A stretch of DNA of 64,000 nucleotides from NCBI GenBank assembly GCA_012295275.1, contig CM022679.1:20584001-20648000 (forward strand), written 5' to 3'. Below, piece after piece: positions 30,201-44,676 of this stretch. The notes beneath the pieces were generated by a model. The model searched no databases. It was not told the DNA's origin and saw only the letters and a list, made by a program, of their open reading frames with translations. Made by a program: the position numbers and the translations under genes. Each line of letters opens with the position of its first letter. Within the stretch, counting starts at the first letter, position 1. This DNA is from Chrysomallon squamiferum. Taxonomy: Eukaryota > Animalia > Mollusca.

Positions 30201-33200
30201 TCATTCATTAGTCATATGCTACAGATCTGAATCAATTTAATTTTGTAATTTGATGTTGCACAATTAATGAAATACTAAAATTGAAATATAGTCTATTCAT
30301 TTATAATTTAAAGCAAAACATATGTATGTTAATTCTACAACATTCCATTTATATCTCAATTAAGGTATTAATTTATCATTTAAAACGTTCAAAATAGTTA
30401 AAAAGAAAATAAATAATGATAATAATAATAAAATAAATGACACAGGGAACTGTTATTTTTGTAACCTCTTACTTAGGATAATAATCAAATGTATTAGATC
30501 ATAGAAATATATGATCATCTGAAATAAACGAGTTGTTTTTTTTAAACAGTTTTCTATTTAGGATAATAACAAAACAAACCAGATAATAGAAATGCATTCT
30601 CATCTGAAATAAATTAACTTTGTTTTTGAAAAAAGATGTTTGTAAATCACTTTAGTAATGAACACGACTGAGTTAACATAAAAGTTGTGTTACAAGCATG
30701 TTGACTATGTCTTGTTTTTATTATGACTCACCAGGCACACATCTTTGCTAATGGTTTTGATTTATAACTTATTAATGATGATAAGCCAGATGTGGTGTGA
30801 ACAGAACACATGGATGTTATGTGCAGGTATTCTGAAGATGTGTGGTAAAAACTAATGGTGTGTTAGGTATTGGACATGAGTGTTAAAAGAATGATATCTG
30901 CTAGGTTTCATCTTTCAGTGTTCACCACTGTTAGATAAAAAAAAAAAAAAAAAAAAATAGATAAATTAAAGGTTTTATTTTTAATTTTTTAATTTTTTTT
31001 TTAGAACGCAGACTAAATAAAACACAGAAGTAAGGTAGAAGGAAAAGAAAAAGAATGTAGGGTATACATATAAAAGAAATACTTGTAACCTTCTTTACAC
31101 ATTGATGCCATTACATAATTAAAACAAAATTGTCTGTTTAAAATGGAATAGTTGAAAAATCAGTTAGCAGTAACTGATTTTCATATTTATATTTTTTGGA
31201 GACAATCAACAATTTTTCAAATCATTAAAGAAACTTATATAATGTTTTGAAGCTTATCTGATGATGTAATAAGAAATAATGTTGAAACAGAATGTTTTAT
31301 TTTTTTTGGTAATCAAATACAAATATATTTTTTTTTCAGTGGAATTATATTTCCTTTTTCTTATGACATCATGTAGAACACAAATCTACACCTTTCTCGT
31401 TTGTTAATAACAATAAGCCATCTCTCATTTTGTTTTGGCAGGCAGCCATAATCATCATGTAAAACGAGCATTTTAAAAGCTAACATATCACAGAAGCAAT
31501 CTAGTAATGTGGAAATTGGCAATGGAGATAAAAACTGCTGAAAAGAAGCAGTGAAAATGAACCATGAAACTTACAACAGATTGTCTGTAGGTAAATTTTG
31601 AGGATGGGGGATAATAAATTGCACATGTAGACCCCAGTCTTAACACTTCAAAGCAGGCTGGGAATGCGTAACAGTGATATATATCCAATCCAGATGACCT
31701 GTAGTTCGGACTTGCATGTTTTATTCATGGTGTTAACCCTCAGCTCAAAATATGTGTTCACACCTCTGTTGTTTTGTAATTTTTTTATCTCTGATCTTTG
31801 ATGAAAATTGAAGTAACCGAGATTAGATAGCTTACCTTAGACTTTACCTGCAAAAATAATCTAGTATTAAATTTCAGCTGTATTGCAAAATGTTGGAGAG
31901 GTAATTTGAAATTTAGTGTGGTATCTCAGTTCAGTATGTTCTTATCAGTATAAGTGTGTGTTATATATATGCACTTCAGATGATGGTATTTTGTGTGAAA
32001 ATGTGCCAGATGTGGTAGTCTACATTTAAGACCTGTAAAGGTCCACTTTAAAATAAAAAATTTAGGTACTTCAAATGTCACCATGATGACAAAGGTATTT
32101 TATTTGTTCCTTATTATACTGATGCATTATTGTGAACCTTCAAATTATTTTTTTAAGATTTAAAAAATTAGAAAGCTATTTAAATCTCTACATCATCCTC
32201 TTTGTGGCAAAAGGAAGATGTTTTATTTGTGTTCATAATATGATTTCTTTCAGTGCCTTGTGGTAACAGATACTGATGTCTCACAGTTGTTTTGGAATCC
32301 ATGTTTCATCACACAAACATCCATTAGAAATGAAATTATGGTTTGCTTCACTGTGTAGCTTAATGTATGTACAAAGAATGTTTTGTGCACTGGTATTTAT
32401 TTACATATACAAACATACATACAATACAATAATATTAAGAATTGTTATATAGCTGCATATGCATAAACACTATTTAGAGACAAAACTCAGAATAAAGACA
32501 TTTTTTTCCCTTTCATCTTTCTTAATTTATTTTTATTTACTTGTGTTTTTAATATGTAAACCATATAAATACATAACAGATACATATACTATGCTTGAAT
32601 AAATAACAACATACAAATTTACACAAAGAGAAATACATAAATTCATATAAATATACATAAGAAGTAAAACTTCATCATATCAATGTAGGAATTTCTCATC
32701 AGGTGCCTGATGATGTTTTTTCTATGCAGAAATATATATTTAAATTTAAAAGTAAATTCTTAACACACCCAGGGTAATGTTTTCATATGCAGCTTTTTAA
32801 TTTTATCTCTAACAAATATGTAATATAACATTAAACACCTCAGTGTGAAATTAATTATATAGTCATTTTAATTTCTGCTAAAAAATTCTTCCAGACAATT
32901 ATATATATTGCTAGTATATTCAGAACTGTGAAATATGATAACATTCATGAAAATGTTTTGAGATTAGCAATAGGTTTGCATTTTTATTTTTGTATTAGCA
33001 GTCAAAAGAAAAAAGAAGGAAAAAAAAACATGTTTTACATCAAGTTTCATTTTTAGAATGTTTACTTGCCATTTTATCATTTGTTTATCTGTGAGATGAT
33101 GAGAACCATGACAAAGCATTCTGTGGATCCAAATTAATTATTAATTTAAAAAAAATGACCTTAAATTCAAAACCCAAAAGGTATTTTAATTTTGATATAA

Positions 33201-34713
33201 CAACATATAATATAATTCTTTTTTTCATGATATATCTTCATTAAGTAATTCATTGTTATTGTCCAATACTTGAAAGATATATCATTACCTAACACCATAT
33301 AAATACATAACAGATACATTCTTGTGTTTATAAATATAATATATCATGTTTAGGTGCCTGATGATGTTTTTTCTAACATTAGTTCTTGTGTTTATAAATA
33401 ATATATTATGTTTACTGAAATTATCACTTTTCTGCAGCACCTAAAAGACAAGTCAGTGTGATGAAAACTTAACTGTCTTTATATTTTTACAAGTTTTTAT
33501 ATGTTATTGTTTTTTAAATTGTGCTGTGTCAATACTGAAAATAAACTGCAAAATGTTAAAACTAACAACCACCAAAGTTTGTCAAATTTTAATTTTGTAC
33601 TATATCTAGGTTAAAGAATTTATTTTATTTTATTATTTTAAATACTGTGTTAACACTCCAAAAATGTTGCAGAATCTAGCATCTGTTGTCTTTTGTCAAA
33701 ATTTCATTATGATCTTTGTTACAGAATGCATTATCACATTATTAATTCTAAATTCTATGTCAACATACAGAAGGCCCTGCTAAATTGTAAAACAACTTCC
33801 ATTTTTTTTGTAAACACTGTCTTTGTTACTTTCATTTGTCATATTGTAACTGTATGTGTTTCACCAGGCACTTTCCTTCCATGTCCATGTCAAGCGATTG
33901 TTACATCAGTGTCATGTCTGGTGTCAGTTCCGTGTTGTAAAGCAAACAGAACTCATTTTGTATGATGAAAAGTAAGAATATGACAAAACGTCTTGCAATA
34001 ATTCAGCTGGGCATTATGTAATGCTAAGCATGCTTTTGTCATAAGAAACATAAAGTAAATATTCAGATAAAATCATTAAAACAACAACAAAAAACCCTAA
34101 AAAAAACAACAAATAAAAAATGTTTCTTTACATATTTATTCTCAAAAAGATCTGCTGTTTAATACTTCTAATTAATTATTATTAATTTCAATATGTTATT
34201 AATGTTACTATTTTTATTAAAATGGTCATTAAAATAGTTTTGGGGAAAGTGGGCATATGAGGGTCAGATATTTTGGGCCAGATTTAATTTTACATTTTAG
34301 CTTTAAACTGCAACTATATACATCTATAATGCTTGAATACCTATGGTTTAGAAAAACAGACTTCATAAATTCAGCCCATGATATGTTTATGACATCAGTG
34401 TAACGCTGGTACTATATTATAATAACTGTAGCTAATTTAGCCAGGAATTGAATCAAGTGTAAGTGTCATAAAAACATTAAGGAAACATTGAGATAAATGA
34501 TTTTTCTACATCGTACTGATGTTGTGTTATGTATTTTGTGTTACTTTCAGTAATAAAACTATTTGAGGCATTTAGTCATAAATTAAAAGCTATTTGAGAA
34601 ATTTTGACTAAAAAACCCTAAAACCCCCCAAAAAAAGAGAAACAAAAAAGAAGAAAGAAATAGAAAAAAGCCTCCAAAACTCCAAACATTTAAATCTGTA
34701 AATAAGAAATCAG

Positions 34714-34748
<35 letters not shown>

Positions 34749-37700
34749 AATGTTTGAAATTAAACTGCTGTTTCCAGCTCTGGTCAGATTGCCATGACCA
34801 GCCTATCAGAGGCCATGTCATTCTGCTGTATGAGAAAGCACATACAAAATGTTCCTAGTAGATAAGAATAAGAGCAGCCCATAAAATGGTATATAGCAAA
34901 TTCATGCTTTCATGTTATATTATAATACAGTATTATACATGTTTAATATCTAATACCTGTGTGTAGAAAATATGTTGACAGAAATTTATTTATAACACAA
35001 AAAGTGAATTACTTCTTTTTTTTTTTCTTTTTTTTTTTATCAAATCTTAGTAATGGTAAAATTTAATATATTATTAAGTAAAAGACTACAACTTATGAAG
35101 TGTTCTTTCAGTTAGCATTGCTGCAATAGATAGTTTGTTTAGTTTTAGTCTGTCATTTGAATAGAAGTAGTTGGAATGGGAAAAAAGGCAAAACACAGAG
35201 AGTTGATGTGAATTATATTTCTCTTTCAGTTAATTGATTTTATACTTTTTAACTTTATTTTTATGGCAGGAATACTTTGGTGCTCTGTGTAACTAAAACT
35301 ATAATTACAGCAGTTCTGAGCTTTTGTTAATTAATCAAAACTAAAACTGAGTTTGTTGTTAATTAATAAAATTGGTCTAGGTTCCCACAGGACCATTCAT
35401 TTAAATAAACAGCATCCATTTTAGAGAAAAGACTGTGAATCACTGACATGGTTTAATAAAGCCACTTGTCTTTCACCAAACACACCAGCCTTATTTTCTA
35501 TTTTTCTTGACCAAACTTAACCAAAACCTTTCATTTTCTTCTTATATTAGAATAAAACAAGCACTATGTTTATATATTATACAAAATAATAAAGCATATT
35601 AAAGTGATAAAAAAGTCAAATGAATTGAAATAAAATAATTTATCCAGATTAAGTACAGAAATGATACTTTCAAGAAACAGTTAAATATAGTAAACAAATA
35701 AAGTTAAGAATCATAAACTATTTTTAACTCTGAAACATCAATACTCATTAATGAATATAAATCACTGATATCCAATTTTTTTTTTTTTATCTGGACCAAT
35801 ATTTATTGCCAGTCATTAATTTTATATCTTTTTGACATAACAGAATACTTCTCATGCCAAAACAAAATGGTTAACAAATATTCCCTTAAAGTGTTGTTGA
35901 GTATGCTGTGGTATTTGACAATTCCTACCTTTTGTGTATGTGGGATTGTGTAAGTTTGTTTGCATCACAGTTAACTACAGGTGGGATGTACATAAACAAC
36001 CATGTCATCCTAAGAGGTGCCTGACACGTACCTGTTATTTATAAAGTCACTCGTCTCTGAAAGTGAAAACCTGTTCTGTCACAGCATTCCTCTGTGTGAA
36101 GAATTCTTGTTACCACACAGAGCATTTATATGTTCTGAAACTTCGTCACATTTTAATTTAAGACAACTGTTTTGTTTTCTTTTTCCTTGGAGTATGTTTT
36201 AACATGTATCTCTAAAGAGATACACAAATGACATTTTGGAAAACCTTTCAAATACTTTTAAATCATATTTGTCAGGAAAATATGATTGTAAAATAGAGTG
36301 CATGAAATATCACCTTTTCTTCCTTTATTGTGATAACAATCACATAAAATATTTCATTTCATTTATTGTAATTCATTATTAATTTTCAAATAATTTTGTA
36401 AATTTTGTTACACTGTTCTTATTTTATCATTAATCTTCTGCAGTCTGGTACTTTAACATCTTTCAATGACATACACTGTATATTTTATTTCTTTATTTTT
36501 ATATAAATATAATACATGTGTGAAACTGTAGCAGTTTATGTTGTTGCACTGTACAAACTCTCATCTGAACAGTAATGATGTTCACACACTGTATTGACAG
36601 AGTGTGTATTCATACCAGCTGATCTCTTTGAATGTGCTGATAATTCACGAGTTCTGTAGATTATAAACTACATACACTCGTAACTGACCTCTATAAACAA
36701 ATAATCTTTTATCTTCTCAAGAAGGCTTATTCCAAACAGAAAGAATCTGTTGTTTTCTTCGATAGAGGGAAGGGTAAAAAGTTAAAGAGTAATTCTTGTT
36801 ATCACCATTTGAAACAAACAAACAAAAAGAACACATTGCCACGTATTTCTGATTTTATACTTATTTTGTTTGTTTATTTGCATACATTATATTTTTATAT
36901 CGTTCTTATGCACTAAATGTAAAGGAAAAATTTAAAATGTGCATCTCACCTTTCAGTTAAACACTATTTCAGACCAAGAAGAAAACAAAAATAATAATGT
37001 AGCTTTTATTTCTGAAGTTTTAAATTTTCATGTACTTTTATGTAATGGAAATTTGATTCCTATAATTTACAATAGTTGCAGGAACAATTTCTGTCTCTCA
37101 GTGATTTTTGTTGTTGTTGTTGTTGTTTTATAAAGATCAGATCCAGGTTACTGCATTCTCTTGTTTCATATTTCTCAGCTAGTTACCCAACATTCTCTCC
37201 CATCTGTCCAACAAGACATTTGTCAAACACTTATACTTTCCCACTAGACTGACCTTTTTGTTTACATACTAATTTAATTAACTTTTGAACCCCATTAGAA
37301 GTAGAAAAATATAAATTATGGAAGTGTGTTTACACTCAGATCCTTTTATAACGGTATTAGAAGAGTAATTGTAAACATGTAAATGACTCTTTAACAGAAA
37401 TGATATTTAAAAAAAATATTTTATTTCTGATTAAATTAGAAATTCTTAAAGCATTAATTTATTTTTTCATAGTTAGAAAGATTAAATTTGATTAACTAAT
37501 TTAAAAAAGTAATAAACTAAAAATTGTGCATAGAAAATGAAAATGATAGATTTCATTTAACTAATTTAAAATGATATATATAATTAAAATATCACACACT
37601 GAAAATGAAAATATATTTACATTTTTTCATTAACATACACTTAGAAAGATTAAATTTAACTAATTTAAAAAAAAATAAAAAAATTTATATTACAAACAGA

Positions 37701-39565
37701 AAATGAAAATGATATTAAAAAAAAAATCATTTATAAACACATTAAAAGATTATATTTAATTAACTATTTTACAACAAAAAAAATATATATATATAAATAA
37801 AATAATAAACAAAAAAATAAAGGAATTAAAATAAAAATATATAAATTAATAAAAATTACTTAAGACAGAAAATGAAAATGACCTGAAAAATTCATTTATT
37901 TATATTTGTTTTTTCAACACTTAAAACTGGGATTTTCATTTTCACACATGTGTAGAGATCTGACTTTGGGTTTTTTTTGGTGAAGATTTATTTATTTTTC
38001 AGAAGAATAACAAGAACAGGCAGCAACATACAGTAACTGAACATTACGCTAAAAAAGGTACATGATGACATTTCATGAACACATAAAAAATTTAAAAATT
38101 GTAATTAAAGTAACACTTGAGATTTTCTTTTCTTCACAACACTTCAAGAAATGAAAACAAACTTTTTATTTTCTATTTTTGTACTTACTAATAACAACAT
38201 ACCTTGTGAATTTTTCAATTAATTTTTTTGAAATTTCTTGAAATATAAATAAACTTTTTAAGATATTTTATTTAGCTGATTACTAATCAACCATTATTTT
38301 ATATGTGGGTGTGAAGGGATGAGCAGGATGCTGCTCTGCAGTTCATGGAAGTAAAGATAGTTAATATTTGGTGATTGGAAGTATATAGTTTGCAGAGTTT
38401 GCTTGTTAGACAGGAAACAGCTGACCGAAGAGGGCTGGAATGATTTGTTTAAATGCTGGGTAAAATTGTGTGCAATTTAAAATAAGCTTGTGTCTGCATA
38501 GAGGGAGAAAATGTTTGTTGACTTGTAGAGTATTTGTTGAAACCTTTGTCAATAAGGTTTAGCTCTGCTCTGGACAAAATATCCAGGCAATGTCAGAATG
38601 CCACTAGGCAAATGGGAAGCTGAGAAAGGAAAAAAGATCTGTGTGGGAGAAACATTTGGTATAAACATGATGAAAATAGCACTTGTCCAAAAAAAAAAAA
38701 AAAAAGTGTTTTCAGAAAGTTGAATATTTTGTAATGTTAATTTGAGAATCCTGTATTATTCCTCTTCATCATTTTTAAGACTGAATCAACTGCTTTTACC
38801 AAATTTGTGTATTCATCCATCCAGATTTGTTTGTCTGTCTTTCTGCATATTAGTATTTGGTCATAAAACTGAAAAATGAATAATCCTTTTGACTTGGCAT
38901 TTGAATTTTACCGCAAACAGAACTTGAATGTGTAGGTATAAGTATATTTGTGCGTGCTAAAGAAACATTTAAGAGAGATAATAATTGACCAGTAAATGTT
39001 TTTAATATTACACATTTTATTTGATATTACCAGATACACTGCATAATAACAGAGTAAACTAAAACTGAATATCAAGTAGAGAAGAAAGAAATAACAAATT
39101 TAGACTGGATTAACATGTTGCATGACCACACAGATTATATGTGACACATTTTCACTCAAATGCATTTTCTTGTTAGGAATGCTTGACAGAACAGTTTTAT
39201 CCTAAGACTAATCTCTAACTTAAACATGTTTTATAAGTAACAGATTTAAAAGTATTTCATGCTAGTTCTAACTCTGACGGCGTATTAAACATCCTGAAGT
39301 TGTGTGTGCTAAATTGAAATTATAAAGATATCAGATATTTGTGCAAGATAAATTTAAACCACAATTAATCTCATTTTAAACATCTTTCATAAACACCAGA
39401 CCACATTACTGAATCATTTTAGAAATTTTTGATGTCAGCATCAATATGAAGTGTTTACACCTGTGTAGATAATAATACCAAACATGGTCTTTTTGTCTCT
39501 CTCTCACTATATGTATATGTTTGTATTGATGATATATATAATCATTTGTGTTTGTATGTATTTGT

Positions 39566-39604
<39 letters not shown>

Positions 39605-42600
39605 GCCTATTTCAGAAGTCTGTGATTCTTTGATACAAAACTTTGTTCTTAACTAATGTCACATTTAAACATGTTTGATCCAAGTTATTCCATCATTTAA
39701 CGATTATCTCTAACTCTTGGTGGCATATTTTTGTCCCAAAACACATTTCTATTTTAAACATACTTTATAAATATAACAGCCAAATTATGCATCATGTTGG
39801 AAGTGTCTCTGGCTGTGAAGGCATTTCCAATGACTTCCTAATCCGAACCTGCTGCTTCTTGTTTGCTGTTTTGTGTTGACACTCATATTTAGCTTTGGGT
39901 TGGTGTTACAGTTGCTGTTTGTGCATGGGCACCATTCTTTGACCAGATTGTTAACATTCCTGGTAATCTGTGGGCCAGTGCACTTGTTGACTGCTGAACA
40001 GTGTGAATGAGCAGTTGTTTAAAGCACAGTTCACACTCTGACAGGAAGCTGATCCAGTCCATTATTTGCTTTGATGTCCTGTAATTACACACTCATTCAT
40101 TTGTATATATAAACATATATTATAATGTAAGGCCATTATTCTTTCCTATTGGCAAAAGAGGGCAGTGTACATACATAATGTCCACATAATAAAGACCATG
40201 TGATGGCCTTTGTTGAAATTTGACTTTGTAATTACACACAGAACGAAGGAAGGAACAACTATTTTATTTGATCTTATAAATTTTACAGAATTTTAAATAC
40301 AGAAATAAAGCATCATTTGTTTTAAACTATTCAAGTAATCTGCAATATTTGTGTTAAAGTACTGATATAATTTACATTATTTGAATTAAAGTATTCTTTT
40401 AATTTACATGATTAAAACTACCCTTTTAAAACTAATTTACATTTTAAAATGAAATATTTGGATTTAAATGTATTAAAGACTATTCTGTAAAGCTATCTTT
40501 ATTTGTAAATAAATAATTTATTTGGCAGTCAACCTTCATTTGAATAAGACTTTAAAATTCAGCAAGGGATATTCTCATTATTTAATATATTACAGACTTG
40601 TTAAGACCACTTAAAACATCAAAATCATCAGAATGTTTGTCTTAATCAGTAAATTATGGCAGACTTGTATTGATTAAAACTTGCCCTGTTTGTGCACAAA
40701 CTTTCAAGTTATATAACATTCTATAAAGCAGGTAATACCTGCTAGTATGTACATGGATAATAGTTAATTATGGTAATCTTGAGTTTTAGACCCAAACAAA
40801 TTCAGGTTACAGTTAATTTTAGTATCCTAACATTCCAGCTAATTGTAGCAAAGTCTGATGCTGCAGTATGGCTTTGATACTAAGAATAAAGTAATTTGTA
40901 ATATTTATGTTGTAAATAAGCATATAAAAACAGATTAATTGATTTTTTTAATGCTGTTTTTATATTCAGTCTACTTTTAAAAGTCAGCCAAAGTTGGCTA
41001 AATAAGTAAATGTTATTCATACACTTCAAGTAATACAAATACCAGTTTATTTTTGACTTGTTGTAACTACACTCATGATAATGTTTTAAAGTAAATAATT
41101 ATAAGTATACTGTAAAAATACTGATATGACTCATTTATTTTTTCCTCACCTTAATATAATAATAATAATGATAATAATAACAATGAAAAAATAAAATTAA
41201 ATAAAATTAAATAAAATAAATAATAATAATTTAGGAAAATGAAGAGGTAATTTAAAAACCATATCAGATAATAGTGATACACAAAAATGTATCTGCCAAT
41301 AAATTCTTTTTTGACAAAAATATTTATGAACTGTTTTGCATTTGATAGATAATAACTTGTGTTACTTGCTAGACATCAGCAAGAAAAGAAAATATGTTTG
41401 GTTCTTCAAACCTTTCATGGACTAATTTAGATAAACATCATGGACTACAAGTAGAATACTATCCACATGCTAACTTGAGTCATTTTAGGATCATGGTAAA
41501 AAATTATAATGGAAATTCACAACCAGAAAACATAATTTTAAAATCCAAAAATCAAAATATGTGGAAATTAGTTGTAGAATTTTATAAGCTCTGTCCACAA
41601 AAAAACCACCTTAGAATTAAACGATTGTTTGTAAAAATAAGTTTGCAAGTAAACTCTCCACTAGGAAATTAATCTGGCTGTAAAAACTATGAGAGATGCT
41701 TTCATTTTACCAGCAGTCCCCAGTAATGAGTTTGAGCAGATCCACAGGATCAAATTCATTGGACTAAAACTACACCCATGTCAGTATATTTATTGGTTAA
41801 AGAAGTTAGCAAAAATATGAATGAAAATTGTTTAATCTGTTATGGAATATGAACAAACTTAGTGAAAACTGTCAAATAGTAATCAAACAGGGTGACTAAA
41901 GCTGTCATCAAATCAAGGAAAAATTATATCTAGAATTGCAATTTGAAATGTTTCAAGATTCAAAGATATACAATTGAAATACGGACAGAAATTAATACTC
42001 TGCCCAGTCAACCAGTCATCAGTGATTACTGTACTTGTTTGTGTTCAAAAAGGTTCTAAGAGATTGAGGTGATAGAAGTGAAATATTACCTGAGGCTGTA
42101 CTAACCTGATTATAACAACATGTGAACAAACAAGTATATGTGTCAGCTGCTGTGTAGTATACAGTCAGTGACAGTTAGCTATGATTAATAGCAATCTGCA
42201 ATAAGTGCTTGTACTGTAAACACATTTTATTAGAACTTTTATAAAACATCATTTATATTAAACATATGTGGGTATGTGGGTGAGTGAGTGAATGTGCATG
42301 CATATGTCATGTGTGGATGTATGTATGTTGATATATGGACGTGTATAATGTATGTGTGTGTGTATCTGACTGTGTGTCTGGGTGTGGCTGTGGGTGTATG
42401 TATGAAAACTGTAGAATATATATAGTTTTTTGGCACTGAAAGTTGTCAAAGTTAGTCAGTTGAAAGAAATATTCACAAAGCTGTCCATAGTTACAATTAA
42501 ATGTGACAGACATTTAGGCTCTGTTTATTCTTTTCTACATCTCTCATTTATGATGCAAATTCTGTTCTTATTTTTGTTGGACTCGACCATGTAGCCCTGT

Positions 42601-44574
42601 TGGATCTTTTCTATATTTCTAATTAACAATGCAGACTCAGTTATTATTTCTTTTGGATTAAAGGTTTTTAGGCATAAACTGAATCTTTTCAGACCTATGT
42701 CTGTATGATCCAGATCAAACATACACATATATTTAATGTCTGTTATTACATAAGCTAATTATGATGCTTTTATTTATTGATTTTTAAACTACACAGGTTG
42801 TTTTCAGTTTTTTTAAAATACAGTTACCAATACACATTGAGGAAATCGTGTTATCAGGAAAAATTATGAGAAAAGAATCATTCAGTAATAAATTTTATGT
42901 CCAATTTATTTATTTTATTTTTAAGAATAGACCCATCCATTTGTTAATAAGATTTATTAATCAGGTTTATTATTTTTTCAGGCATCGAGGAAAATTTCAA
43001 AATGTGGTTATCTTTTTGTGTCACCTGATTTTGACTTTGCCAACCCACTTGACAGGAGTCGGGTATGTTTGCACATTTATTATGAATATTCATTGCTGCC
43101 CATATTTAGACATAATAGGAAAATGTTATTCATCACCATCAAAAGCTTAAGACTGAACATAAATGTCTTTCTTGTATAATAAATAAAATGTAAATGACTG
43201 TCAGTGGACATTATAAGTTAAAAATAACAAAAATTATATATATATATATATAGTCATTTTGATGTAGATATAAATACATATTTGTTCTATTTTGGTTTTC
43301 TCATGTTTATAGAATAAAGTCAATAGAGAAATAAATAAATAACATGATATAAAAAAAACTATCAGTATATCAGTAAACTAGCAATTAGTATATAAATAAA
43401 ATTACTTAAATAAATATTAATAACTGAGTGGGTACAATAAATTAATAATGAAATAAAATACAATAAATTTAAATGATTAACTAACTAAATGAAAATTCAT
43501 GTCCATGCGGGATCTGATGATAATTTGATTTGATGTTTATTTTGAAATTCCTTGTTAAAAAAATAAAGTAATAATTTAATAAAATATAAAACTTTTAAAT
43601 CATAAACAAAATAAATAGATAACAAATAAACAATACATAGATAAATAGGTAAATAATTAAATAAATAAACTTAAAAATTCATCTCCATTTAGGTGTTGAT
43701 GATATTTGAACTGATATTTATTTTTAGCGCTGGCAGAGAAGATTTTTCATTCTGTATGATGATGCTGAGCTGACATTTTCTGTTGATGAAAATGTAAGTT
43801 ATTAAAAATTTCCTTTTTTGATTCTTCTGTTTATAAACTCCTTCCAATGATAAGATTCATTTCAGACATGTCTGACTATTAATATTCTTATTTACAGATG
43901 TTTGAATATTAATATTGTTTACAAGTGTGTTTAAGAATTAATTGATTTATTTACATTTTCAAATGTAAATAGATTTGTTTATTAATAGGGTCAGATGTTA
44001 ATATATTTATTTACAAACAAAAGAAGTGTTTTTGTATCTCATTAAATAAAAACAAATATTATCCTTAAATTGTTAATAAACATTTTCAGATGTACTTATG
44101 GTATTTATGGTATGTTGTATCGCGTGTATGCATTTGTTTGTATATATATGTGTATATGTATAGATGTATGTATGTGTGTAGATGTATGTATGTGTGTGTG
44201 TGTTTGTATGTATGCATGCATGTATATGCATGTGTATACAAATGTATTTATGTATGTGTATGTGTGTACATGTATAAATATACATGTATGTAAAAAATGT
44301 GTGTGTGTGTGTGTGTGTGTGTGAGTATGTGTGTGTGTTAATGTAGTTATTTTTTTTCTTTTGTTTAGCCCGACACCATTCCACAAGGGGTTATTGATAT
44401 GAACAAATGTACAGATGTCCTGGATGCTGAAAAATCTACCTCACACACCAACTCACTGGCCATCGTAACTCCAGAGAAAACATACTACATCAAGGGCAAC
44501 TCAAAGGAGGAAATACAGTGGTAAATAATAATTACTGTCATCATTTTAAATTTTTTAAATAATTTTTATTTATT

Positions 44575-44607
<33 letters not shown>

Positions 44608-44645
44608 TTTTTTTTTTTTTGTGGTATTTGTGTTATTACTACTAC

Positions 44646-44676
<31 letters not shown>

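Noticed and set aside
44070-44386. ORFs rich in HT/CV/YI/I/N (also near 7848, 20029, 24376, 29469, 42239, 56767, 60255)
   Set aside because: Translations of microsatellites and low-complexity tracts.
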